Positions 49,024 to 59,399 of a DNA stretch of 64,000 bases are shown here, piece after piece. Numbering within the stretch: the first letter of the stretch is position 1; each line of letters begins with the position of its first letter. The position numbers and the translations under genes are program-made. A model generated the notes under the pieces. It was not told the DNA's origin, ran no database searches, and saw only the letters and a program-made list of their open reading frames with translations. This DNA is from Candidatus Pacearchaeota archaeon (lineage in GTDB: Archaea > Nanobdellota > Nanobdellia > Pacearchaeales > GW2011-AR1), in contig JBBDJQ010000001.1 of the NCBI GenBank assembly GCA_040879765.1, forward strand, positions 271,747 through 335,746, read 5' to 3'.

Positions 49024-49656
49024 ATGAACGAACTAAAGAAGGAACGAAAAAAAAGAGAAGTTAACAAGTTGCCAAAACTTTGGAAGGAGATATTTAGAGT
49101 TTTTATGCTTGATAAAAGAGAAGGATTAAAAGAGCCAGAGATTGTTAAAAAAAAGAAAGATGGCAGAATAAAAAAGTTGACTATTCCACAAAAAAATCAA
49201 ATTAAAAGATACAATTATTTAAAAAATAAGAAAAATAATTTTTTTAAAAAACTTACAGCAGAAGAAATACTTATGCTTGCTGGAATAAAATATTCCGAGA
49301 GAACTCAAACTCATTTAAGGGATCATTTAGAAAAATTATCAAAGAAAAAAATAATTATCAAAGAAAAAGCAAAAGATAGAAAGAATAAATTTCTCTGGAA
49401 AATGAATTATGATTTTAATGAGGGTTTGAAATTATTGTATGAATGTCCTTGGATTCTGGAGGATATGAAGGGAAACGAAGATGCATTTGAATTAAGTATG
49501 GATAATATGAGGCAAAAAACAAAGATTTTGAAAAGTCACGCAAAGACACTTATTGTTTCAAGCAAAGATTCTAAGGAGACAGAGGTAGTTCAGGAGATTT
49601 ATGATAACTGGGAAGATAAAGAACATATGAATGATTTGATTAAAAAATTTACTTAA
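49024..49656 (+). CDS. Lys-rich hypothetical protein
   Basis: ORF only. Confidence 0.4.
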   Translation: MNELKKERKKREVNKLPKLWKEIFRVFMLDKREGLKEPEIVKKKKDGRIKKLTIPQKNQIKRYNYLKNKKNNFFKKLTAEEILMLAGIKYSERTQTHLRDHLEKLSKKKIIIKEKAKDRKNKFLWKMNYDFNEGLKLLYECPWILEDMKGNEDAFELSMDNMRQKTKILKSHAKTLIVSSKDSKETEVVQEIYDNWEDKEHMNDLIKKFT

Positions 49657-49807
49657 AATTTACTACCTTTTTTTCTAAAAAAGTTCGGAATGTGATTTAA
49701 TAATAGAAGAATAATATCTTCTATGGAAAAAGTTAACGAACTGATAACTATCAAATTAAAGAAGAGCGATCTAAAGAAAATTCTTCTTCGGAATTGGGAT
49801 TTATTAG

Positions 49808-50533
49808 ATGAAGATACAAAGCGAATGCTCGTTATATCTGAATTGGTCGATGGAGGTTCTTATGATGGGAACTGAACAAAAAAGATGTAATAAGTGTGGA
49901 CAGCTTTCTTACAATGGACAATTTAAAGGAAATAGATTTTTCTGTTCTGATTGTTTAGAATATCATAGGATATCTGACGCCGATACTTATGGGGACAAAC
50001 TGTCAAGAGAACAGCTAAAACAAGAACAAACAAGAAAAGCACAAGAACAATTGTTGAGATTAGTTAGAAGAGCCAAGCCAGTGGATTTTTACACAAAAAA
50101 AATAAACAAAACAGGAACTAATTTTTTAGAAGTTGATGTTAGTCCTTATGCACATTCTATTGATTGGGGAAAAATGAGGCAAGATTATGGAGAGCTTTTA
50201 AAAGATAAGGTCTCAGATCCAAAGTTACTCAATGATATTATAAAATATAGGGATAAGATTCTGAAACATAGGCTATCTTGTGATGTTAAATTGCTTTCTA
50301 AAGGGACAGAAGTGGGGGAACTTAAGGTATACCGAATTTTAGTAGAAGATGGACACCATATTGTAAAATTTTGGACAAATAAGGAAGTTGATCCTTCTAG
50401 TGTAAATAATCAAGTATATCTTTTTCAAAGGGAACTAAGTTTAAGTGGAAGGGGTGGAGAAGTTAGAGTTTCAAAAGTTCCCTCTAGATATATCAATATC
50501 GACGAAGTTAAATTAAAATTCAGTTTTTCTTAA
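49808..50533 (+). CDS. Zinc-finger protein; the probable true start is the MMGTEQKRCNKCG Met at about 49862
   Basis: CNKCG...CSDCLEYH zinc ribbon at the N-terminus. Confidence 0.4.
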   Translation: MKIQSECSLYLNWSMEVLMMGTEQKRCNKCGQLSYNGQFKGNRFFCSDCLEYHRISDADTYGDKLSREQLKQEQTRKAQEQLLRLVRRAKPVDFYTKKINKTGTNFLEVDVSPYAHSIDWGKMRQDYGELLKDKVSDPKLLNDIIKYRDKILKHRLSCDVKLLSKGTEVGELKVYRILVEDGHHIVKFWTNKEVDPSSVNNQVYLFQRELSLSGRGGEVRVSKVPSRYINIDEVKLKFSFS

Positions 50534-50534
50534 A

Positions 50535-50750
50535 ATGGATGAACGGTATACCTCCGAAATAATTGGAAACAAAGTTGTAGTTTGGACTATTGCTGGGTTG
50601 AAGTATGTTGGAGAAACTATCTGGATAGATTCTATTTCTATTTGGGTTAAAGATACAATTGCAAGATGTGAAAGGATTATTCCATTAACTGCAATTTCCA
50701 GTATTGAATTAAGATCGACAAATGCTATCTCGGAGGGATATAGAAAATGA
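50535..50750 (+). CDS. Small hypothetical protein
   Basis: ORF packed between neighbours with a 4-nt overlap. Confidence 0.3.
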   Translation: MDERYTSEIIGNKVVVWTIAGLKYVGETIWIDSISIWVKDTIARCERIIPLTAISSIELRSTNAISEGYRK

Positions 50751-51940
50751 AGAGCATAACTCTCGGAGAATTAAGGAAACAAGTTGGAGACTACCTCTAT
50801 ATGGAAGATACTGATTTTTTAGATTTGGTCTTAGCAACCTTTCTTTCTACGAATCAAACAAATTGTAAATTATGGTTATTTATTATTGGAATGAGTGGGG
50901 GAGGTAAATCAGAATTAATTAATCTTTTTGACGATGATAGGAATGGAACATATTTTTTAAACAAAATAACGGCGAATGCAATTATTACAGGATATAAATC
51001 TAAAACCTTCGATACTGATTTGGTTGAACAACTTAGAAATAAAATACTTCTAATTCCTGAAATGGCTTCAATACTTGGGCAAACAAAAGAAAATCGTTCT
51101 CAAATATTAGCTCAATTAAGATCACTTCACGACGGGAAGATGGGAGTTGTGTCAGGTTATGGAAAAGCTAAGAACTATACCAATCTAAATGTTACTTTAG
51201 TCGCTTGTTCAACTCCGATAATTGATAGAATGATTTCACTAGGACAAGAATTAGGATCAAGAGAATTAGTTTATCGTTTAGCTAAAATGGATTCTGAAAA
51301 GTTAATGCAAAGGATAAAAGAAAATTCAAATAAAAATAAATCAAAGATAAGGGAGGAGCTAAAAGAATTAGTCTATTTATTTCTTAAGGAAAGGAAATTT
51401 AATCCGGTTCATATCCCTGAAGAAATAGCAGACAATATCAAAAATTTTGCACATCTATTAACTTATCTTAGAGCTTCTGTAAATATTGATGACAGGACAG
51501 GAGAATTGGAAGGAGAGCCTCATTTAGAAGCTCCCACAAGGGTTTACGATCAATTATTAACTTACTTTCGAGCATTAAAGTCTTTAGATGATAATTACTC
51601 AGATGAAAAAGCGTTAAATCTTATCGGCAAAATAGTGATTTCAAGTGTAGACCCCGTTAGACTAAAAGTTTTAAAATTTCTAATGGAAAACAAATTAGGA
51701 AATATTGAAGGATTCGGAAAGGGACAAATTGCCAATGAAATAAGAATAAGTCCTAAGCGAGTTTTTGGGGAGGCGTGTGTTCTTTCTTGTTTAGATTTTG
51801 TTAGGATGGAATCTGAAGAAATTAAGAAAACTGAGGATAAATATTGGCATAAATTTGAATTAAATTCCGGGAATCCTTTCGTTAGACATCTTGCAAAATA
51901 CTTAGAAATTCAATTAGAACCAGATTACGAAAAAATATAG
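50747..51940 (+). CDS. P-loop NTPase, putatively a superfamily-3-like replicative helicase
   Basis: Walker A IIGMSGGGKSEL, Walker B-like ILLIPEMAS, and a motif-C-like NLNVTLVACSTP segment. Confidence 0.5.
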   Translation: MKSITLGELRKQVGDYLYMEDTDFLDLVLATFLSTNQTNCKLWLFIIGMSGGGKSELINLFDDDRNGTYFLNKITANAIITGYKSKTFDTDLVEQLRNKILLIPEMASILGQTKENRSQILAQLRSLHDGKMGVVSGYGKAKNYTNLNVTLVACSTPIIDRMISLGQELGSRELVYRLAKMDSEKLMQRIKENSNKNKSKIREELKELVYLFLKERKFNPVHIPEEIADNIKNFAHLLTYLRASVNIDDRTGELEGEPHLEAPTRVYDQLLTYFRALKSLDDNYSDEKALNLIGKIVISSVDPVRLKVLKFLMENKLGNIEGFGKGQIANEIRISPKRVFGEACVLSCLDFVRMESEEIKKTEDKYWHKFELNSGNPFVRHLAKYLEIQLEPDYEKI

Positions 51941-51987
51941 TTTACCGACGATAAACTTATATACTAAATAGACTTTAGATAGACAAT

Positions 51988-53808
51988 ATGATAATAGCCT
52001 TAGATACAGAAACCTACAAATTTAACAAAGAAAAAGAAGTTTATGAGCCTAGTTTGGATGCTAGAGATTTTGTTTTGGGTTGCATTAAAATTGATAAAAA
52101 GAAAAAGCCTTTATGGTTCACAAGCCCTGAAGAAATGTTTGACTTTTTATTGGATTTTATTGATAAAAGAAAAAAGGAAGGACATAATTGTTATATTTAT
52201 GCCCACAATCATTCTTATGATTTATACGCCTATGCAAAGAATAGAATTAATGATGTTGAAATATTAAAAGTCAAACAACAGAAGCCTTTGTTCGCTCTAC
52301 TAAACGAAACTGGCTTGTTATTGGACACATTATCTTTCTATAAATGTCCCTTGAAAAAGGTCGGAAAATTAGTGGGGCTTCCAAAGTTAGAAATGCCTGA
52401 TGAAGTTAAGGATTTATCGGAGTTAAAAGAATATCTCTTAAGAGATGTAGAAATCGTTATGGAGTCTATTAAGATGTTGCGTGATGTCTTGAAGGGATTG
52501 TCTCACCGACCCAAGAAAATGTTAACAGCTGGAAGTTTGGCTATGAATTATTTTAAAACCCATTGTAAAAGGGAGGATTTTGAAGGTATACCTTATTCGG
52601 CTTACTTATATCGGAAAGGGACAATCCATCAGACAAAATATAATAAGTTTATCCGAAGAGCTTTGCGTGGAGGGAGATGTGAATGTTTTAGGCAAGATAA
52701 ATTCAAAAAAGTAAGTATGATTGATATTAATTCTCTTTATCCGTTTGTTATGGCAGAAATTATGAAAATACCAGACATCCTAAAAGAAAGAAGACATTAT
52801 AATATTCAAGGAATGATCCCAGATGAAGAAATTCTTGGAAAGATTGGTGTTGTCAAAGCTAAGGTTAAATTTCCTAAGAAAAAAATGGGATATTTACCAA
52901 CAAAGAATGCAAGAACGGGAAAAGGAATATTTTTTCCTTGCAATGGAGAGGTTGTTACAGGATATTGGACAACTATGGAAATAAATAATGCAATAAAAGA
53001 AGGCTATGAGGTTTTAGAAATATACGAAGCTGTTCTCTATGGGGAGTTACCATTCAATCCATTCACTAAACTAATGAGGGGGTTGTATGATTTAAGGAAA
53101 AAAAGTCAGGAGGAAATGGGTTATGTCATTAAATTATTAATGAACTCTTTAGCTGGGAAATTTGCTCAATATAGAGGGGATACTGAAAGAGCAGTTTGTC
53201 ACAGACAAGACATTTTAGAATATGAAAAAAGTGGGTTTGAGATTCAATCAGACTTAGGAGAGGAATATTTTTTATCAAAAGAAGGAGAGAAGAAAGTTCC
53301 GCCTTATGCTCATCCAATATTTACAATTTTAATTAATGCCTATGCAAGAGATTATCTATATTGGCAAATGAAGAAAATCCCATTTGAAGATTTAGTTTAT
53401 TGCGATACTGATGCGATTGCATTTGTTGGAGATCATTTAGACAAATATGACATTGGAGATAAATTGGGAGAATTTAAAACAGTGTTTGAAAATGAAGCTG
53501 GAGAATTTATCAAGGAAAAGGATTATAGATTTACAGATAAAGAAGGCGAAATATTAAAGGTAGTTTGTGCAGGAAGCACTAACAGAGAACTAACGCAGGG
53601 ACAAAGTTGGGGAGAAGAAGAAATCGTGAATAAGAAAATGTATACTTATAATATGGGTTGTAAAACAGGGAATTTTGATAAGGTTGGATCATTCTTTGAT
53701 GTTCATACGAAAATCAATCCATTAAAGAGAAAGAGAGAAATGAAGTTTCCACCACAATTTGAGGAGTTTACTCCTGAAGATTTGAAGAGTTTTTCTGAAG
53801 AAGATTAA
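51988..53808 (+). CDS. Protein-primed-type (phi29-like) family B DNA polymerase, 606 aa
   Basis: Exo I ALDTET, Exo II HNHSYD, motif A DINSLYP, motif B KLLMNSLAGKF, motif C YCDTDA, KxY (KDY), and VVCAGSTN comparable to phi29 VKCAGMTD. Confidence 0.85.
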   Translation: MIIALDTETYKFNKEKEVYEPSLDARDFVLGCIKIDKKKKPLWFTSPEEMFDFLLDFIDKRKKEGHNCYIYAHNHSYDLYAYAKNRINDVEILKVKQQKPLFALLNETGLLLDTLSFYKCPLKKVGKLVGLPKLEMPDEVKDLSELKEYLLRDVEIVMESIKMLRDVLKGLSHRPKKMLTAGSLAMNYFKTHCKREDFEGIPYSAYLYRKGTIHQTKYNKFIRRALRGGRCECFRQDKFKKVSMIDINSLYPFVMAEIMKIPDILKERRHYNIQGMIPDEEILGKIGVVKAKVKFPKKKMGYLPTKNARTGKGIFFPCNGEVVTGYWTTMEINNAIKEGYEVLEIYEAVLYGELPFNPFTKLMRGLYDLRKKSQEEMGYVIKLLMNSLAGKFAQYRGDTERAVCHRQDILEYEKSGFEIQSDLGEEYFLSKEGEKKVPPYAHPIFTILINAYARDYLYWQMKKIPFEDLVYCDTDAIAFVGDHLDKYDIGDKLGEFKTVFENEAGEFIKEKDYRFTDKEGEILKVVCAGSTNRELTQGQSWGEEEIVNKKMYTYNMGCKTGNFDKVGSFFDVHTKINPLKRKREMKFPPQFEEFTPEDLKSFSEED

Positions 53809-53838
53809 ATATAAATAACTCCTCTTAATATTAAATTA

Positions 53839-54933
53839 ATGGTAGAAAATAAATGGCAACACTTTGTTCCTCAGTTTTATTTTAAATTCTTTTCTGAAGA
53901 CGATAAAAACATCGGAATTTTTAATCTAAAAAGGCAAAGTCATTTTAAGGGAGCATTCGAAAACCAATCTGCTAAAAATTTCTTTTATAGTGAAAATGTT
54001 GAAATAGAAAAATCATTTTCTCCTCTTGAAGGAAAATTTAAGGATGTTTTAAAGAGATTAATCTTGGATGGTTTTAAACAACTAGATTCTCGTGATTATT
54101 TTGAAGTTTTGAGATTTATAACTTTCCAATTTGATAGAACAGAGTTATCAAAAAAAGCCTCTAAAGATTATACTCAAAAGTTTGTAGAGAATGTAATGAA
54201 GCCAATGATGAAGGCTAATAAGGAATTGAGAGAAAAGTTATCTCCTGAAGATATAGACAATGTTAAGATTACTCATCCCGCTGATTTTTTATATAGTGTT
54301 TTGCTCTCCTTGGAAGCGAACATTCTTTTAACAGACTTAGTTCCTGTTTTAATTAAAAATAAGACAGAGGCGGATTTTATTTTTAGTGACAATCCAATTA
54401 TAAAATATAATGGTATTTATTACTCCGAGGGGCATAGTTTTACTGGTTATCAATCGCCGGGACTTTTGGTTTTCTTTCCATTGAATCCCAAGCTTATGAT
54501 TATGTTATTTGATCCTGTTTATTATAATATAAAACTTGAGCAAAATAATGAATTTTCCTTAAATGATTTAGAAGACGTAAGTAAACTCAATAAATTCCAA
54601 TTTCATAATTGTATGAAGAATGTTTACTATTCTGATAAAAAAAGCAAAAAAGGTATAGACCTAATTTCTGAAGAATTTTTTAGTGAATATTCAAAAGGAG
54701 AAAATTTGGCTCAGATGAGGGAAATACCTAATTGGAGAGGTAATGGAAATAGTTTGTTAGTCTCTTCAAGGAAAAGTATCTCTGAAAGAATTAAATTTAA
54801 CTTCTTAAAATATGCTTCTCCAAAACAAACAATAGCCACATTTAGAGATAAAAAATTATGTGATTTATTTAATGAAAAAATAAAAGCAATTGAAGAAATG
54901 ATGGAACTTAAAAAATCTAAGAAAAAGAATTAA
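53839..54933 (+). CDS. DUF4238 family protein
   Basis: N-terminal WQHFVPQFYFKFF (H-x-V-P-Q-x-Y-L-x-x-F signature) and an internal FSDNPII motif. Confidence 0.55.
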   Translation: MVENKWQHFVPQFYFKFFSEDDKNIGIFNLKRQSHFKGAFENQSAKNFFYSENVEIEKSFSPLEGKFKDVLKRLILDGFKQLDSRDYFEVLRFITFQFDRTELSKKASKDYTQKFVENVMKPMMKANKELREKLSPEDIDNVKITHPADFLYSVLLSLEANILLTDLVPVLIKNKTEADFIFSDNPIIKYNGIYYSEGHSFTGYQSPGLLVFFPLNPKLMIMLFDPVYYNIKLEQNNEFSLNDLEDVSKLNKFQFHNCMKNVYYSDKKSKKGIDLISEEFFSEYSKGENLAQMREIPNWRGNGNSLLVSSRKSISERIKFNFLKYASPKQTIATFRDKKLCDLFNEKIKAIEEMMELKKSKKKN

Positions 54934-55195
54934 CTTCTTTCTGCAATTTTTTGCCCTTATCTGTAATTTGATAGAGTTTATTGTAAGGGTCGTTCTTGTT
55001 AAGACAAATGACTAATTTTTGTTCTTCGAAGTCTCTTAAATGTCTGCTCATTTCTCTCAGACTGATTGTATGTTCAAGCTTTTTCCTAAGCTTATTCGAC
55101 ATAAATGGATCGGAAGGAAGACTAAGAAAAACATCCTTTCTTTGATTGCCTCTAAGCATCCATATAGCTTCTTTAGTCACTTTTTGCATTGACAT
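54917..55195 (-). CDS. Small protein, possibly a winged-helix regulator
   Basis: This is the only minus-strand ORF in the block. It is basic, HTH-like (MSRHLRDFEEQKLV), and divergent from the next gene. Confidence 0.3.
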   Translation of the reverse strand: MSMQKVTKEAIWMLRGNQRKDVFLSLPSDPFMSNKLRKKLEHTISLREMSRHLRDFEEQKLVICLNKNDPYNKLYQITDKGKKLQKEVNSFS

Positions 55196-55286
55196 TAGGT
55201 AGACAAGAGCCTATAAATTGGGGATTGACAACAGATAGATAGATTTAAATAATAAATTTGATAAGAAAAAGTATGGATTCAGAAAT

Positions 55287-55706
55287 TTGGCTCTGGGAAA
55301 CTATTCCTTATATCTTTGGTTTACTAATCGGAGTTGGGGTAGTTATCTGGTTAAAGAAAAAGAAAAAATGAAAGGCGAAGCAACACTTGAAGCAAGAAAA
55401 TTATATAATGCTCTAAAAAAAGAGAAAGTCCCAGCATATTTAGAAAAGTGGGATGGATACAAACATATTGATATAGCTATTCCGGAAGCAATGATTAATA
55501 TAGAAATTGATGGCTGTCATCACAATCTTCACTCATTTCAAGCCTTGGCAGATTTGAAAAGAACTTATCATTCATTCAAAAAAGGTTATTTCACTCTAAG
55601 AATACCTAATTCTCTAATAAGAAATCATTTTGATGAAGTTGTAGATTTGGTTATCGAAATATTGAATGAAAGCAATGATCAATTAGATGAAGAATATTAT
55701 GACTAG
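55287..55706 (+). CDS. DUF559 / Vsr-like endonuclease-fold protein; the probable true start is at about 55366
   Basis: HIDIAIPEAMINIEIDGCHHN resembles the DUF559 core (IEvDG..H). Confidence 0.45.
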   Translation: MALGNYSLYLWFTNRSWGSYLVKEKEKMKGEATLEARKLYNALKKEKVPAYLEKWDGYKHIDIAIPEAMINIEIDGCHHNLHSFQALADLKRTYHSFKKGYFTLRIPNSLIRNHFDEVVDLVIEILNESNDQLDEEYYD

Positions 55707-55745
55707 TATGAAAAGGATTAAAAATGGCATTTTGTTTTCTTAAAG

Positions 55746-57815
55746 ATGGAAGCAAAGGCAAGTAATTTATTAAGATTCTTGGATGGGACAAAACAATTTT
55801 TTATTCCTAAATATCAAAGACCTTATAGTTGGGAAATAAAACAATGTGATCAACTTTGGAAAGATATTATTAATGCACCTGAAAAAGGATATTTCATTGG
55901 TTCAATCGTTTATGTTGGGAAGGGATTGCAAACAATTACATCTGTTCCAGAATTTTTAGTTATTGATGGGCAACAAAGATTAACAACAATTTCCTTACTA
56001 CTTTATGCACTCAGTGAAGCAATTGAAGAGAACGGGAAGCTAGATTTGGGAACTGATCAAATAAATTCTGAAAAAATTAAAGGTTACTATTTATTCAATA
56101 CTCGAGAAGAAGGAGATATGAAATATAAATTACTTCTTTCTAAAAAAGACAAAGAGACTTTTATGAACTTGTTAGATGGATTAAAATTAGGAGAAGCTCC
56201 TACAAATATTAAAAGAAATTATGAATTTTTCAAATCAAAAATTTTAAAAACTGATTTAAAGAAAATTTATGAAGGAATAGCAAAATTAATGATTATTGAT
56301 GTGGCTTTAGATTATGAAAAAGATAATCCTCAATTGATTTTTGAAAGTTTAAATTCTACTGGCTTAGATTTGACTCAAAGCGATTTAATTAGAAATTTTG
56401 TTCTTATGGGATTAGAGAAAGAAAAGCAAGATGAATTATATTCAAATTATTGGTATCCAATGGAAGAAATGTTCTCCGGTTCAGATTCTCGGGCGGAGTT
56501 TGATTATTTTGTTAGAGATTACTTAACTATGAAAATGAAAAATATTCCAAAAGTAGGAGAGGTTTATGAAGAATATAAAAAATATCTATCTGAAAATAAA
56601 TTAGATCTTTATGAAGCAATTAAAGAACTTAATCAGTTCGCTAAACTTTATACAAATATGATATTCTCTAAATCTAATTCTAAATTAGACGAGATATTTT
56701 CTAATCTAAAAATCTTAAAGGTTGATGTAGCCTATCCTTTCTTATTAAAAATATATGATGATTATAATTCAAATAAAATTTCAATAGAAGATTTCGAATT
56801 AATCTTAAGGAATATTGAAAGTTATGTTTTTAGAAGATTAATTTGTGGTATCCCAACTAATTCAATGAATAAAACTTTTGCAACTCTTTACTCTGAAATT
56901 GAACAAGAAAATTATATTGAAAGTTTTTTGGCAAATATGCAATTAAAAGATTCATATAGGAGACTACCAACAGATGAAGAGTTTACAGCTGAACTTTTAA
57001 CAAAAGATGTATACAATCTTAGGAATAGAAATTATCTTCTTAGAAAATTAGAGAACAAAGATAGAAAAGAAGTTGTTAACGTGGAGAGTTATACTATTGA
57101 ACATATTATGCCACAAAAAGAAGGGCTTACTCCTGAATGGAAGGAAGAGTTAGGAGAAAACTGGAAGGAAGTTCACGAGAAATATTTACACACATTGGGA
57201 AATTTAACCTTAACCGGGTATAATTCTGAATTAAGTTGTAAACCTTTCAAAGAAAAACAAAGCATGGTTGGAGGATTTAAAGATAGTCCAATAAGATTAA
57301 ACAGAGATTTAGCTTTAATTAATTCTTGGAATGAAGAAAACATTTTAGAGAGAGCAAAAAAATTGGCTAAAATTTGTTCCGAGATTTGGAGAGTCCCAAT
57401 TTTATCAGAGGAAATTCTAAATAAATATAGAAAAATTGAGGAGACAAAACAAAAAGACTATACTTTAGAGGATCATATTCAATTAGCAGAAGGAGAGCAA
57501 ATGAAACCTATTTTTGAAGAATTAAGAAAAAGAATACTAAATATTGATTCTTCTGTAAGAGAAGAAATTTTGAAACTATACATCGCATATAAAAGTAATA
57601 CGAATTTTGTAGACATTATACCTCAAAAATCTAAATTGAATTTAACTATAAATCTCAAATTTGATGAAATTGAAGATCCGAAGGGGAGCTGTAAAGATAT
57701 AACTGGACAGGGTAGATGGGGAAATGGAGACGTAAGATTTTCTATTGGTTCAATGGAAGACCTGGATTATGCAATGTTTTTAATTAATCAATCATATGAA
57801 AAACATTCTGAATAA
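55746..57815 (+). CDS. DUF262 (ParB-like nuclease, N-terminal) + DUF1524 (His-Me finger, C-terminal) protein; GmrSD-like putative modification-dependent endonuclease
   Basis: FFIPKYQRPYSWEIKQC and VIDGQQRLTT are DUF262 signatures; C-terminal IEHIMPQK...H..GNLTL is DUF1524-like. Confidence 0.75.
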   Translation: MEAKASNLLRFLDGTKQFFIPKYQRPYSWEIKQCDQLWKDIINAPEKGYFIGSIVYVGKGLQTITSVPEFLVIDGQQRLTTISLLLYALSEAIEENGKLDLGTDQINSEKIKGYYLFNTREEGDMKYKLLLSKKDKETFMNLLDGLKLGEAPTNIKRNYEFFKSKILKTDLKKIYEGIAKLMIIDVALDYEKDNPQLIFESLNSTGLDLTQSDLIRNFVLMGLEKEKQDELYSNYWYPMEEMFSGSDSRAEFDYFVRDYLTMKMKNIPKVGEVYEEYKKYLSENKLDLYEAIKELNQFAKLYTNMIFSKSNSKLDEIFSNLKILKVDVAYPFLLKIYDDYNSNKISIEDFELILRNIESYVFRRLICGIPTNSMNKTFATLYSEIEQENYIESFLANMQLKDSYRRLPTDEEFTAELLTKDVYNLRNRNYLLRKLENKDRKEVVNVESYTIEHIMPQKEGLTPEWKEELGENWKEVHEKYLHTLGNLTLTGYNSELSCKPFKEKQSMVGGFKDSPIRLNRDLALINSWNEENILERAKKLAKICSEIWRVPILSEEILNKYRKIEETKQKDYTLEDHIQLAEGEQMKPIFEELRKRILNIDSSVREEILKLYIAYKSNTNFVDIIPQKSKLNLTINLKFDEIEDPKGSCKDITGQGRWGNGDVRFSIGSMEDLDYAMFLINQSYEKHSE

Positions 57816-57858
57816 GAATCTTAGTTAACTTTTTAACGCTCCAATCTTTACTACAATT

Positions 57859-59322
57859 ATGGCAATGTTAACAAAATCAAATTATTTACTGGGATTGCAA
57901 TGTCCTAAATTGCTTTGGGTGGCTAAGAATGATAAAGAGCGTATTCCAAAACCAACAGAAATAGAGCAGAAGAAATTTGATGATGGAACTTTGGTTGGAG
58001 AATTGGCTACTCAAGTATTTCCTAATGGAACAGATCTGTCAAAATTAGGGTTTAAAGAGAATATTGATAAAACAAAAGAAGCCATAAAAAATAAGGAAAT
58101 AATTTATGAAGCCGGATTTTTAGAAGACAATTTATTTTCTAGAGCAGATATTTTAAATCCTGTTGGAGACGAGTGGGATATAATAGAAGTTAAGTCAGCT
58201 ACAAAGGTTAAGGATATCAACCTTCACGATGTTGCTTTTCAAAAATATGTATATGAAAAAGCTGGGCTAAAAATTAGAAAGTGTTTCTTAATGCACATAA
58301 ATAATGAATATGTTAAAAATGGAGAAATTGAACCTTCGGAGTTATTTGTTCAAACAGATATAACCGAGAAGATAGAAGAATTTTCTGAAAATTTAAGATC
58401 CAACATTGAAAAAATGTTTAAAGTGATTGAGGGAGAAGAACCAGAATTTTGTATTGACGATATCCTAACGATAGAATACGGTAATATTTGTTTAGATGAT
58501 TTTATGGACTCTCTTCCAGAAAATAATATTTTTGAGTTTTATCGTATGTTAAAGAAAAAGATTGTTGAATTATATAAAGAAGGCTGTAAGTGTATGGACG
58601 ATGTTCCCGAATCAGTAAAACTTAACGAGAAACAAGCAATACAAAAAAGATTATGCTGTGACGGAGGAGTTCATATAAACAAACAAGGCATAAATAATTT
58701 TTTGAGAAATTTGGAATATCCTATTTACTATTTAGATTTTGAAACAATTAATCCTATACTTCCAAAATTTGAAGGAATGAAATCTTATCAAAGAATACCT
58801 TTTCAGTTTTCATTACATATACAAAAACAGAAAGGTGGAGAACTAAAACATATTTCTTTTTTAGCAGATGGGACAAGTGATCCGAGACCAAAGTTTATGC
58901 AATCTTTAAAAGATAATTTGGGAAATAAGGGAAGTGTCCTTGTTTATAATCAAGGATTTGAAAAAGGTGTTATGAATGAATGTGCAACAGCTTTTCCTGA
59001 ATTTAGGAAATGGTATGATGAGGTTATTTTACATAGGATAAAAGACCTCTGGGATGTCTTTAGAAACTTTGATTATTATGATCCAAAACAAAAGGGATCT
59101 TGTTCTATAAAATACGTATTGCCCGTAATGAGTGATTTGTCCTATAAAGATTTAGAACACGTCAAGAAGGGAGATCAGGCTTCTTTTGAATGGGAAAGAG
59201 TTACTTACAATGAAATTGACTATAAAGAAAAACAAAAGATAAGAGACGCTTTGGAAAAATATTGTTGTTTAGATACTCTTGCAGAAGTTAAGATTTTGGA
59301 TAAGCTGTATGAGGTTGTCTAA
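57859..59322 (+). CDS. DUF2779-like protein with a PD-(D/E)xK nuclease core and a C-terminal Cys cluster
   Basis: The N-terminus MLTKSNYLLGLQCPKLLWV matches the DUF2779 start. WDIIEVKSATK is a D..EVK nuclease motif, and several Cys residues sit near the C-terminus. Confidence 0.5.
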   Translation: MAMLTKSNYLLGLQCPKLLWVAKNDKERIPKPTEIEQKKFDDGTLVGELATQVFPNGTDLSKLGFKENIDKTKEAIKNKEIIYEAGFLEDNLFSRADILNPVGDEWDIIEVKSATKVKDINLHDVAFQKYVYEKAGLKIRKCFLMHINNEYVKNGEIEPSELFVQTDITEKIEEFSENLRSNIEKMFKVIEGEEPEFCIDDILTIEYGNICLDDFMDSLPENNIFEFYRMLKKKIVELYKEGCKCMDDVPESVKLNEKQAIQKRLCCDGGVHINKQGINNFLRNLEYPIYYLDFETINPILPKFEGMKSYQRIPFQFSLHIQKQKGGELKHISFLADGTSDPRPKFMQSLKDNLGNKGSVLVYNQGFEKGVMNECATAFPEFRKWYDEVILHRIKDLWDVFRNFDYYDPKQKGSCSIKYVLPVMSDLSYKDLEHVKKGDQASFEWERVTYNEIDYKEKQKIRDALEKYCCLDTLAEVKILDKLYEVV

Positions 59323-59399
59323 AATTAGAGTAGTTTCTTTATAAATAAATAAGATTAAAAACCTCTATTTATTACTTATAATGAGGTGTAAATTTTAAT

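Noticed and set aside
51988-53808. The idea that the element PolB is a pipolin-type primer-independent PolB (piPolB)
   Set aside because: The protein retains a canonical KxY motif (KDY) after motif C and is phi29-sized. piPolBs are defined by an altered KTRG-type motif and are larger. So I call it a protein-primed-type PolB instead.
56470-56495. A GATTCTCGGGCGG segment inside the DUF262 gene that loosely resembles the tRNA-Glu 3' end (GAATCTCGGTCGGGGCG), as a possible attR
   Set aside because: It is only a partial, imperfect match lying inside a coding region. It is more likely chance than a recombination site.
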